Assembly (NCBI GenBank): GCA_002633005.1
Contig: NMRA01000721.1
Span: 16,662 to 69,530 of the forward strand
Length of the DNA stretch: 52,869 nt
Origin: Phoronis australis
Taxonomy: Eukaryota; Animalia; Phoronida
Reading direction: 5' to 3'
Numbering within the stretch: position 1 is the stretch's first letter; each line of letters starts with the position of its first letter. A program made the translations under genes and the position numbers. Under the pieces are notes generated by a model. It searched no databases and was not told the DNA's origin. It saw nothing but the letters and a program-made list of their open reading frames with translations. Shown one piece after another: positions 1 through 12,231 of the stretch.

Positions 1-3000
1 GGGGCAAGCAGTGTAAAGTTATTGCAAGTTTTGTGGCGAAATTTGGGTCACTTTGTTAGGATCGCGTCGGCCATATTGGAGGACAGCGGGATAAGTTACG
101 AGTTTAAAACTTTGTGTAAATTGTTTTCGCCAACAAATTACGGTGAAATTTAGTTAGAAATATCTTTACTTACTATTCTGCACGATTTCACAGTGTTCAC
201 CAAATTTCAGCCTCGCAGTTGTTACTCATTAAGTGATAAATGTGCTCACAATTCCCGTTGGACTTCGTCTCATAGTTTAACATTTAACATAGTTTAACAT
301 TTAATTCTGCATAGAAATAAGAAAAATATCCTGGAGCACTGTTTGGTGTTCCAAAGATTGCCAAGGTTAGACTTGTCACATAAATGTTTGCTAAACCATG
401 TTTACTTGAATATAGTAAAAAAACACCTACTGCTCTTTAAGATCAGTTAAAATGTGGTTGTGTAAAGACGTTGTTTAGCAAAGGTGGCTATGATTTTAGC
501 CAAGATGTGTTTGAGAAAGATCACACAAATTCCAAAATACAAAACTTAAAAATTCACATTTCTGAGACGAAATCAAAAGGATTCCAGATATCAATCTTCA
601 CCATACATATCAGTCAGAGTTTCATTTTAGGTGGCAATTTTGCTTGAAATTATTGTGTACATCTGTTTGATACAAAACCGTCGTAACCTCAGTAAAAATT
701 GGCATTTGATCGTGCTTCCCTGGGTCATGATCACCGCTTGGTGATTACTAATAATAATTAAATCAAATAGATGCTGGAATGCCGTGCAGTTATCGACGGA
801 TAAAAACATAAATTACTGAAATAGTAAAACTATGACCGGTATTGTTAATGCTGGCTATTGTATACGATCATTTGGTCTTCAGTGCGATTTTATTTACTTC
901 CATCTACACATTTCCGGTAGTGTGTGTCATACATGTACCCTTGACCGAGAATGCATTGCTCGAAGGGTGTTGAATATTTTAACATCTTAGTACTGACACT
1001 GATGGTTGTATTTCTACTAGTTTTATTGATTAATGTTCGTTATGATGTTAGGTCTCAGTAAAACTTTACTTATACAACTGTACAAGGTTTCACTCACGTG
1101 TCAGATTTACTGTTGAGCAAACTGACGGCTACATTTAGGGGCGTGCCTGCACAAAAATGACTCAGGGCCTCAACTTGCGGTCACGAGAGCAAACACAATT
1201 GTGACAGCTGCCAAAATCACGTAAGACGTTTTTATGCATACACGTGGTCTTAGGAACAATGAAACTTGAAATCATTCCTGTAAAACAGATTCCTGAGGAA
1301 TTTTTGGGATTCTGAAAGACAGAAGAACTGAAAAATAATAAATGGGTAATTTGGCAAGAACTTCTCTCACTAGACTCAATATGCTTCATACAGACAGCAC
1401 TTTGTTATGTCGCCGTTTCCCTATTTAAATTATAAGGCTGGTATCAGTGTCACCATCAAGGACTGCCGTTTGATTTGAAATAAAATTCGCGTATTAAGTG
1501 TTCTAGCTGGCCCTCGATGTTTTTCAGTCACAGTTAAATTCGAACTCGACAGACTTCAATAACTTGCGCCTGCAGGGTTGGCTGGACATTTTAATTTGCA
1601 CGTGACGGCTACGACTACCATTTGCTTGTTCTGAGTATCTGAATGTTGCCCATCAAACTTAAACCAAACCCACGTTTTGATCTGACTTCACTTTTCCTAA
1701 ACATTCAGTGCTTGCAAGCGAGATAGCCAGATTCTTTGTTTTTCTTGAACCTGGGTCATTTTAAAGAAACAATTATTTGAAAATTTATCGTAACGTATAC
1801 ATGATGACATTTTGCCTTCAACAAGAAATAAATACGCTTGTCTTTGTTCTTTTTTTCAAAATACAATTAACCTCCAATGTTGTTTACAATGGTTTTTCCA
1901 GTATTCAAACATGTGATTTTACAAAACATGCATACCTGCTGTCGTAGCCACTTTCTGGTCAGATTTCTTGCGATACACAGCATGAGACCCATCAAGAGAG
2001 ATTTTTGAGAACTGCTTGTCACTGTCTGACTCAGCAATGCGAGGACGGTCTGAAATATAAGACTTACTATAAACGGCATGGTAAAAGTGGAGAACATTAA
2101 ACTTACAAGGAAACACATGATTGTAGTCTGCTTGATAGAAAGCCATCTTGCTAACGTATATCATGAAGACCATGGTCGCAAAGGCCTGCTTCATCGTGAA
2201 TTTTCCTCGGTGACATCTGTGACCATCGTTTTGTATTTCTGAAATTGATGACGACTGCTGGCGTGTTATTGCTGCAACCGGAAGTTGAAGTGCAGTTCTA
2301 TCACACCTAGATTGGCGCAAAGCTGTATTATAAATATACCAAACTGGTCCATGTATTGTCACTGCCATGTTTTGAATATAGTAGATGAGGCGACAATGCA
2401 GCTCTACCACTATAATAACAATATGAATATTAAAGTGGCCACAATACAAAGTTTCCCAGGTCAAAACTACACGTGCTAGCCCTGCTCCTCTGTTTACACA
2501 ATATTTCTACAACGAACAATTTGTGTAGGATAAACTCAATTAAAGTATGCTCGTGACGCAACGCTTTAGTGGAAATAATCCCGAGGATTTTGTGGACTCT
2601 TAAATACACAAGGACACAAAAATAAAAAAGGGTTGATTTGGCAAAACCATCTCACACAAAACACAATATATTCTATAACGCATTTAAATTTGAAACCAAA
2701 AAATCACCCATTGCGTTAAAATCGTTGGTAGAAATGTTTGGTATGCAGAAAGTTACTAACTGTCAAATGTTAAAGAAGCAGATAATTAGTTCCGTTCTGT
2801 TGAAGGCTTGCTACGATGATGGCCGGTTCTAGACCTTGACAAGATCGAAAAATTACGACAGGAAAACGTTACCACCAAAATGTATCGCAACCCTTGTCAC
2901 GATTCCCGATTATGTGGCAGTAAATTGACCAGTCTGTGTATGTGACTGTGTAGTCAGCTTGGTACACGGCCATCTTGTGTATAATGAAGACAATGCTAAT

Positions 3001-3589
3001 GGGGAANNNNNNNNNNNNNNNNNNNNNNNNNNNNNNATATACACCCTGGTGGCCGGTATATTCCCATGGGTATATTTTGATTGTAATTTTCAGACACAAC
3101 AGACGGGTTCAAAACGTTCCTAATCATAAAGAAAACACTGCCCATGGTAGGCTTACTGCACACCCCGTTTTTTTTAGATTCAAATTTAAGCGCCCATAGC
3201 GGTAACCCGGACGAGCACGGTACTCAAGGTTGATTGTTCAGAATTATTTTAAAGGCTTACAATTTAGCATGTGGAATTTCCAAAAATGGGACTCAAATCG
3301 TTGTTTGAAATTAACATGAAGAAAAAACTTAAAGGACTGTGATATAGTCTTCATTTTGAACATCTACCTTAAAGGAAAATTAGCCATGTTATTAAACGTT
3401 TGCAATAGTTTTCAAGGAATAAGTCTATGTCATAGGTATAATTTGTCAATGGAAAGTTACCACTTCACAATATTTCGAGTACATTGTACTTGGAACACTG
3501 TCCATGCTTGTGAGATTTTTCAAGATACAGACCAAAACATGACCGTAGTTCGTTGTTAGCAGACAGAACACGCAAGAATACAATACGTT

Positions 3590-3850
3590 GATAACCAGTC
3601 CTTCAGCGAACGGTTTTACCGCGTATTGCGTAGCCACACCACCAAATGACCATGTGTATTGCAAACCGAATCATCGCTTTACCGAGTATTACTTGGCCGC
3701 AATACCACAAGACCATGTATTACATAGCCACCATACCACATGACCAAGTATTACATAGCCACATCACCACATGACCATGTATTACATAGCCACATCACCA
3801 CATTACCATGTATTACATAGCCACATCACCACAAGACCATGTATTACATG
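3590..3850 (+). repeat. 31-bp minisatellite (CCACATCACCACATGACCATGTATTACATAG), copy A
   Basis: About 4-5 well-conserved units at 3700-3848, preceded by degenerate units; the same unit recurs at 52660-52869. Confidence 0.92.
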
Positions 3851-5451
3851 TACTGAACACAACCTCAAAATGGCATAACGGGGGGCAGTGTAGTAAAACT
3901 ACTAAATGAGGGTGGTAAATCGGATTCGTGTTTCAAGACATCTGTGTAACAATCTACAGGCACCACTAAACAATGCCAAGTGAATAATAAATCAATAGCT
4001 TTCGTTCAAGGAAAAATATGAACAGTTAAACCTGGACAGTTTTTGTACCGTGAAAACATGGCTGCGAAGTCGTAAAATGTGTTTGAGCCTATAACTTTAG
4101 AAAAACGCAATATTTTGAGGAAATATTTTACCGCTGTTTATAGATCCCATAGGACTACCTATGTGCCAAATTTGGTGAAAATCGGCTGACCCCCACATTG
4201 CCGCTCATGGCTGGTGCTCTCGTGGACTAGCACTTAACAAACAGCTATGTAGCTATGTGTACAATTCCGTCTGACACCAAAATTTCACACAACCCCGGTG
4301 CTCAGTGGGTGAAACTTAGAGTTAACAGCCTACAGGGTGCCATGCATAATCTGGGAATGAACCTATATTCATCTTGCCTGTTACAGCCGTTTATAGATGT
4401 AAAAAGAGAATCTGATCAACCTTATTTTTCGTAATTCTTCGCTTTTGTAAGAATGAAAAATCCGTTTTCGTTTTGAAAACAGTGCATACTTGTGACACGT
4501 GCACGTACGCGTCATTTTGGAATATTTTGCGATATCTCTCGAAAGTTATTTCTGAAATTGGGTTTCTGATAATAAAATAGTAAAACATGTGATGAAACAA
4601 AACCACTTACGATTGTTGTGACATGTAGGCAACCTCACATTTGATTGAATAACATGGAAATTGGCCAGCGGTAGCCTAGACGCACTGGCGCCCAAAGAAC
4701 GCATCGCAATTTTTGCAGCAAAATAACCGAAGAACGTCAATTTTCCAACACCAAGGTAAATAATTAGTTGACTTAAAGCAGATTAAGAATTTTTAGTGAG
4801 GCATCATCAAATTTGGCGGCGACAGGCCTGATAAATTATATACGCGACAGAAGCCGGAGGGAGTGAAATAAAGCCGACGGAGTGACGTCACCTAAGCCAT
4901 TGAGCCGACGAACTGACTTCACCAAGGCCAGTACGAAACAAGCCACCCTCCCTTCTCGTCCAGGAAAAAACGGCCAGCGTGAAAAAAAATAGAACACCTT
5001 GAATCCAAACAGGGGGCCGGTGCAACACCTGGGACCAAGGCAGTGCCGAAACGGGCTCAACGAAGGTCTCTAGTGGAGCGGGGAAGACCGAGTTTGTGCA
5101 AACGATGAATTGGATATAACAGATGAATAAAAGAGCACGGCCTTTAAATAGTTGTTGAAAAGATTATATAGCGTAACCGAATTAAATTATTTGCTTCATG
5201 TAAGTCTCAAAGATCTTCGAATTATTCCTGGCAGTCGGCACATGCATAATTACGTAAAACTTTCCTCAATTTCTAAATACGCTTTGATACTCCGCTAACG
5301 TACTGAGAGCTCCAGGTGTTTTGGGGGAGAGGGTGGAGTTAAGTAGTGTCCAAGTCCTCTGTAGTTGAACATCATACTTGAACTTTCTTAAACATAAGGC
5401 AGTAACTGAAGGTCACGTGGTCCATCACACCGGGAAATTATGGATCGGCAT

Positions 5452-5755
5452 CTGTGGCGGTCTTAGGGAGGGGACTCAAGGAGGCCATGCCCCCCACTCA
5501 AATTCTACCAGATACCATTTGGGTGCGCGTAATCAGGGACATGTCGGGGGTGAATAAACAACGCATAGGCCTTGAAAAATCTGAACAATCCCCGTTTACT
5601 GTTTTTTTTAGTCAACAGGTCCTCAGCCCCAAACATTCGATGCCCTCTGCCTCCCCACACATTTTAGGCTGGGCGCGCGCATACATTGTATGCCAAAAAC
5701 TCTGGTTATTCCGGTGCCTTGGCCCCCGTAACTCAAAATCCTGGATCAGCCCCTG
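5452..5755. mobile_element. GC-rich MITE with 5-bp TSD (hAT5-like)
   Basis: Ends CTGTGGCGGTCTTAGG ... CCTGGATCAGCCCCTG; GGCAT flanks both sides (5447-5451, 5756-5760). Confidence 0.75.
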
Positions 5756-6109
5756 GGCATTGTCATTGCAAAGTAACCGGGATCCAACTAACAAATTTTC
5801 CCGGACCACTATGCTCAGCGTATTTGTTGTCACAAAGCGCTGTTGTGAATTTCACATTGCCTTTTGTACGTCGTCACTAGAACGAGAATACGACCCTCGT
5901 GAAGTTGAAACAACATAAAGACATGTGCATGTACATGTACATGTAAGCAGCGTTGCCTGTTATTTGAAAAAGTAAACTGGCTTGTTACCGGGGGCGTGTC
6001 GCTCAGATGGGTGAAAGTTTTAGAACTTGCCTCCTTACGAAAGTGAAGTATATCAGTTCCAACAAAAACCCTTTAAGGGTCTTTACTGACAAAATTACCA
6101 ACAAAAGAG

Positions 6110-8225
6110 AACCTTTACCGATAAACCATGGGAGTCCCCAAGACTAGACATGATATATCCTATGATGTTGCAAGAAGCTGGGATACCACTATTCCAAATA
6201 CTCACAGCAAACTTACAAAGCCAGTCTTAGACTAGGTTTTATCCCCAAGACTTGGACGGAAGCTAGGGTAGTCTTCGTTCCTAAACCAGGGAAGAACTCA
6301 TACCTTTTGGCTGAATCATTTAGGGCTATAACCTTAACATCCTTTCTTCTTAAAGGACTGGAAAGGCTGAATCTGTGGCATCTTGATAAACAAGGAATAA
6401 AGAACAAACTTCTGAACAATCAGTAAGCTTATAGGCCTGGCTTCTCTACGGAGACCGCTCTACATCATCTGGTTGCTAGACTGGAAAGGGCTGTTTTTAA
6501 TAAACAGTTTGCCCTCTGTGACTTCAGTGATCTTGTCGGTGCTTTCAGCAATGTTAAGCATGATGCAATCCGAATTGCACTGAACCACTTTAAGGTGAAT
6601 AGGTGTCTTACCAGGTGGATCATTAACATGCTTGGAAGTCAATCTGTGACTGCTTGTCTAGCCAATGCGAGATTGGCGGTTCGCATCACCTGAGGAACAC
6701 CTCAGGGTGGCGCTGCCTCACCCACCCTCTTTAACATAGTTGTAGATGGTTTGCTTCGACAATTTTCTACTGACATGGGTCCAAGCTTGTATGTTCAAGC
6801 CTATGCAGATGATATTGTTCTCAGTGTGTCTAGCATCGATCCTGACACATGTCGCTAACTTGCTCAAAGAGCACTGAATACAACAGCCACATGGGCTGAG
6901 TCAGTTGGCTTAGAAATTAGTGCTAACAAAACAAAGGTGATTATATTCACTTGTAAGCTTAATTGGTCATTGCAGCCTTTAACGATGAATGGTAAACATC
7001 TTGATATTGTAGACGAGGCGACTTACTTAGGTGTCATTTTACACCATCGTCTTTCCTGGACCCTGCATATTACAGATAAAATCTCAAAAGCCAAATCTGC
7101 ATTGGTGAAATGCAGTCGTGCGGTGGGTAAAACTTGAGGAATGTCTCCCAAGAATATGTTCTGTATTTATACTGCTGTTATTCGACCTATAATGTCCTAT
7201 GCTTTGTCGGTATGGGTAACGTCATTAAAAAAGATTATAAGTATCAACAAACTTAGGCAGCTGCAACGTCTATCTTGTCTGTGCGTAACCTCTGCTTTTC
7301 CAGGAACGCCTTCTGCAGCCCTAGAAATGATAATCGGTCTACCACCACTGAACATATACCTTGAGGGTGAAGCTGCATGTGCTGCACTTCGTCTCAGATA
7401 TAATGGTCATTGGTTGAAAACTAACATCCCTGACTCCGTTGCACACAGAAGCCACAGGAATGTTTGCAATACGCTAATGGCCAAGACTGAGCAACTATGG
7501 AACATGCCTAATGATGTCCAGGTGACAGCTTTAAATCATACACACAATTTCTTCACGGAAATTGGCGATGGATGGCCTACCGCAGAACACACGAATGAGG
7601 TGGTTCGTCATACGGAAGGCTCTAAACTGGAAAATGGCCAAACAGGTGCTGGGGTCTACTTTCCAAGCCTTCCTGTTGCAGATGCAGAAAACTGGGTATC
7701 GCTAAGCAATCTTGCCACGGTGTTTCAGGCTGACATCACTGCAATTAATAAAGCTGCTCAACTGGGACAACAATATAACACTGAACTTGGCAATCGGCCA
7801 ATTACCATCTTTTCAGATAGCCAGGCAGCAATAAAAGCCCTAAAGAAACTAAGGGTCAACTCTTGATGTGTTTGTGCTTGTATTAATGAGCCTAACAAGC
7901 TTGCAATTGAAAGAACCGTCAATATACGCTGGGTCAGGGCCCATGTGGGAAATGATGGCAATGAGAATGCAGAGAGTCTCGCAAAGATAGGAGCAAGCGT
8001 TCTGCATTTTGTGCCTGAACCTGCTATCCCGGTGTCTTACGGATGTTGCAGGATGAGTATACGCAGCTGGGTACATACCCAGTCAGCAGCCCAGTGGGCA
8101 TCACTTAACTCCTGCAGAGAGACCAAGGAGAATTTTCCCAACAGTGGAGGTGAAACTCAGTCAGAAGATCTACAGATGGGTGCAATTTATCGAGGGACAG
8201 AGCAGACTGCTTGAATAATGACTGG
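6110..8225 (+). mobile_element. Decayed 5'-truncated non-LTR retrotransposon, LOA/Lian (R1 group) type, RT + RNase H
   Basis: Joined frames read W..ARVVFVPKPGK, FRAITLTSFLLKGLERL, STETAL, DLVGAF, GTPQGGAASPTLFN, QAYADD, then RNase H motifs (TEGSK, VFQADI, IFSDSQAAIKAL, WVRAHVGNDGNENAESLAK). Several in-frame stops and frameshifts. Confidence 0.93.
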
Positions 8226-8860
8226 TTTTACGTCACGTTATTTTCATACAAAACACTTGTATAAACCTTTCAACTTCTGAAACGCAGGGTGAAAATGGTT
8301 GAACAAATAACAATCTCTTAAACCGCCGTGACACCGATGAAGCTCTTTGGATCGTACAGTTGAACTGCTTGGCCGATAATAAGTAGATGATTTCTATACA
8401 CTAATCTTTTTCTTTAAAATGAATGTCTCCTCCAACTGTCAGTTATCTGCATTTTCACTGCGAAGGAACAAAGCTGTTTTACTATTTTGCAAAAATCTGA
8501 GTTTCGAAATACAGTTAACTTCATTTTGAAAAATATTCACAAATAGATCAATACGTACTTTATGACTGTCTACAAAATCATACAGACGTGGAGTAGGGTG
8601 GACAGATAAATGCTGACTTGTAGTGCGACATGTGTCGACTTGTGGAAAATATTACTATTGATCACTAATGGAAAGTCAAAATGAATCAACATTCCGATAA
8701 GGCTCCAGCACAGTCAGTAAGCGTTGAAAGAGGTGAACGTATGCACTGAATTCTATAGGCGCACATGCATGTTGGTACACAGGTAGACAAACAGCTTGGA
8801 ATAACGCTGTTGATCGCACCTGATGGCTTCCTGATTTTGATTTTGTTGGTGTCAAAAAGC

Positions 8861-9062
8861 AACGTGTATTGGCAGGGGTCCATCACATTGCATACAATTC
8901 AACTTGTATTGGCAGGGTTGCATCACATTGCATATACAACTTAACGTGTATTGGCTGGGGCACATCGCATTCCATATACAATTTAACGTGTATTGGCAAG
9001 GGTATATCGCATTGCATATACAATTTAACGTGTATCGGCAGGGGTACATCTCATTGCATACT
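8861..9062 (+). repeat. ~41-bp minisatellite, about 5 units
   Basis: Unit approximately AACGTGTATTGGCAGGGGTACATCRCATTGCATATACAATTT; it explains the repetitive ORFs at 8852-9143. Confidence 0.92.
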
Positions 9063-10904
9063 GTATATAGTACATGTACAATTCAACACCGCCGAGTGCA
9101 GCTTGAACCTGCCTCTCGTTCAGTAACGCTAGGGCCTCGTTAAAAAGCAAGACTTCGAGATATTACGTGAGGTGTTGCCGTGTATTTCCAACGAGAACAC
9201 ATGATTCTCATTAGATTTTAAGTAGGTCCTAGCGTAGGTCCTAGCGCTACTGACAGCACGCCAGGTTACAACGTTCTAGTCACACGGCAAGTAAAAAAGT
9301 TGAAGTATCGACCCCGGACCACACGCTTGTGCAAATGTCTGTTGTCATTGAGCGTTGTACACATGAAATAGCGCTATACCTTAGGCAGTTACCTCAACCA
9401 AGCAATGAAGAGCTGTCTGCAAAATGGCAAGTGACACTTGTAACGGGTCAATTCAACTACCTTCATTGGCCAACTTTTACGGCTATTTTAAGATTCCAGC
9501 TTGGCAGTATTCTCAGAAGCAAGCGTAGAACCCGCAATAACGCCGGAATAATGCTCCACTGCCGTGGCATGGGAATATTTTACTACTTAAAGCTTTCTTG
9601 TTCTCTTGCAAAGTATACTGAGAATGTAAATATCTTCAGCTTGCCAGTAGGCCTACATTTGCATGATGTGAAAAGTTGTTTCCAGTCAAGTGTCGTTGGC
9701 TTCAACTGTGAACAACTCAGACCACCACTTTCAGTTTATGCTCGCCACAGAATACACGGTTACTCAATCGCTTGCGGCGGGAAAATGATAGACCCAGTTA
9801 TTGTGCGCGTGTACACTGTATCAATGCTTTGTATCTTATTCTCATTTGTCTAATCTGTTGATACAGTAAATTTCCTTATTTATGCCCATCCTGATTTAAC
9901 CCTGACTTGAGCTCCTTGGGTTCTACCATATTGGGGCTGTCCAGGGACTCACGTGCATGCGCGCACCCAGTCTTCAAAATGGGGGACTCGAATTCCTGAC
10001 GTTATGGACCTGTTGTTAACAAGAGAGCGGGCAGACCTTTTTGGTACATGTCACGAGTTCTTGTGTGACTTTTCGCGAGGTTGTGTTAGCAGAACCTATC
10101 CAATACTTCAGAAGGACCATACTTAGTATCCGTTACGCACGGGACCTTTTTGTTACATTAGGAGTAGGATTGGTTCATATTATGTGGAGGTGGTGTAGGA
10201 CTTTACAAAACCGGTTGAAGAAGTGTGGTTTTTCATCAATGTACGTTTGAAAGACGTAAGGTTTGGACATACTTTTGAAATAGTAGGAATTAGGGTAGAT
10301 TAAAAACAAAAAACATTTGTCTGCTTAAAAAAACGTAACATTGAAGCATAAAAACAACCTTCATACCCTTTGATATCCCTGTTCCATGTTTGCAAAGAAG
10401 TTGAAACTCGGGTTAGTTGTCGGTATTTTCAAAGACTGCAGCGTACTTGGCTAAGGTGGTTCAAGTTTTGTGCGGCATACAGTCGACATAAATAATTGAG
10501 TATGTAACCTGCTGTTGAATTGCGGGATAGATTTTGACAGGTCCAGGTATTTATTTCTGAAGTATTAATGTAATCTTTATTTATGTTAAAGGTTTTACTA
10601 GCGTCCTATTTATTTGTACTCGAATGTGAATTCGTTGAAATCGCTGATCCAAATCCTGGCCAAATGTGCGCATTATGCTGAGACCAACCGTCTGATCAGG
10701 GCCACCGAAGAGTAATTTGGTTAACTCGCTCACTAGACTATGGCTGAAGGTCCCCGTAAGGACAAGAGTTCACCAGTCACTACCATTGGAAGAAATTTGG
10801 CGGACATTTTTCGTCAAAAAGTTTACCAGATAGTTTTCATCAAAACGGAGAAAAGAAAAATGGATTTGTGAAGACAGGATTAAGTAGTAGGCCTACCAGA
10901 GCCT

Positions 10905-11101
10905 CTTAAAAACACCCATCTTCGAAGTGACGTGAACAAATGTACAAGTTTTTTTTTGGAAGAACAACTTCCATTCACGTCGACGCGAGAACATAACTTT
11001 TTCTCCCACAGCGGATTTTGGGGTCTCCGTACACTATGGAAGCTAACGCCTCTGCATTTCGCCTGCGTAGCCGAACAACCGGCCACACAGCAGCCGACCA
11101 T
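10905..11101 (-). pseudogene. THAP zinc-finger domain, frameshifted (DNA transposon relic)
   Basis: MVGCCVAGC...VSFH...PLWEKKL..R; a frame change at the T9 run (10949-10957) gives NLYICSRHFEDGCF, completing the C2CH THAP signature. Confidence 0.85.
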
Positions 11102-11309
11102 GATTAGCAGACGACGTACTTGCCGGAAATTACACCAGATAATTTAGCCAAGTGTCGCCAGTGAATAATGACGTAAGGGCTTGTGCGCAAGCTCACAGAT
11201 TTCGTCCATTGAAAGTATACGGTTGACGAATATGCATCGACACGCAAAGTGGTATCGGCCTGACAACCTATTACGCAACAGCTACTCTAGCCTAAAAATA
11301 GCAGCCTAC

Positions 11310-11405
11310 CAGCTGGTCGGCTGATGGCCGGTCGGCTGAAGGGTCGGCTGAAGGGTCGGCTAGTTTGCCGACCGGTCGGCGGCTAGTCGAATTTCCGACC
11401 GGGCG
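11310..11405. repeat. Short GGTCGGCTGA(AG) repeat cluster
   Basis: GTCGGCT recurs about 5 times, followed by inverted CCGACC copies; probably a subterminal repeat of a transposon. Confidence 0.6.
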
Positions 11406-12165
11406 GACAAAAATTCGTGATGTGTGCTGTACATGAAAACACTATGTATACCGCGTTAATAACGATTGTGGACTGCTCCTACTGTATGTGTGTCTACGGC
11501 CCACCCACTGCGTTTCCTAGATAAACATCCCAAGGCACCTACAACGGACGTTTAATTAGTGCTGAAAAAGCAACGATTTCACAACTCCAGAGGATGGATT
11601 TAGATTTAGATTTAGAGAATTTAGTCAAGTACCTCGTTGGGGCTGTTTCATAGAATCGGCACTAACCTCCGATCCAACTGTTCTATGACGTCATGAAATT
11701 CCCAGTTCACGGCACAATTTGATGAGAGACGGTGATTTGTAATAAAGTCATAAAAACAGTACAATTTTTGCTGTGTTATATCACATAGTAGCTGAAGGTT
11801 TCGATATTCTTGTCCGTAACAGGATAACAGTGGACAACTTTAGTATAATGTAAATATTCCACGGCAAATAACAATTTGCAATGGACGTAACGGTGAGGAC
11901 ATAAAGAGTACTCGGAGGTCTGTTTTTTGTTAATTAGCAATATAACATGAATACGAAGTGGCTTGGATTTCAAATTATGCATACCTCCCTGTTTAGGACA
12001 AATACGTGAAAAAGGGATATCTTTCTAGTAAAATTGGTGTCCAAACATTGTTTATGGAATGATAATTTTCAATAACAACTCTATTAATTAGCAAACGTAC
12101 ATGTATCCTTTTCAAATTCTATTGACAAAAGCACAGACACTGTGATAAAATGAAATGATACTTAC

Positions 12166-12231
12166 CTCTTTCTTTTCATCTTCGGTGAGGAGGTAACCTT
12201 CAGATCCGCCACTTGCCTTTTTTGCTGCCAT
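12166..12231 (-). CDS. Putative first coding exon (MAAKKASGGSEGYLLTEDEKKE) of an unidentified gene
   Basis: aagATGGC start context, 22 open codons, consensus GAG|GTAAGT donor; TGACGTCA site about 90 bp upstream. Confidence 0.5.

Noticed and set aside
1100-2480. Possible hAT/BED-finger relic (EEFLGF, CMFCK) and the 181-aa ORF
   Set aside because: Isolated short motifs on opposite strands with no consistent domain order.
4040-4230. Single transposon-like ends (…GTGGACTA here, TTAA-type ends at 13180, 35654 and 45546, AGGGCCTGATTACATG at 43387)
   Set aside because: No partner end or TSD could be matched by eye, so they were not called as elements.
9329-9853. 174-aa ORF as the transposase partner of the THAP domain
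   Set aside because: Opposite strand, non-ATG start and no DDE motifs.
12166-12231. Calmodulin/centrin/myosin light chain first exon (LTEDEKKE)
   Set aside because: No downstream EF-hand exon (EAF..FD) was found in the window.
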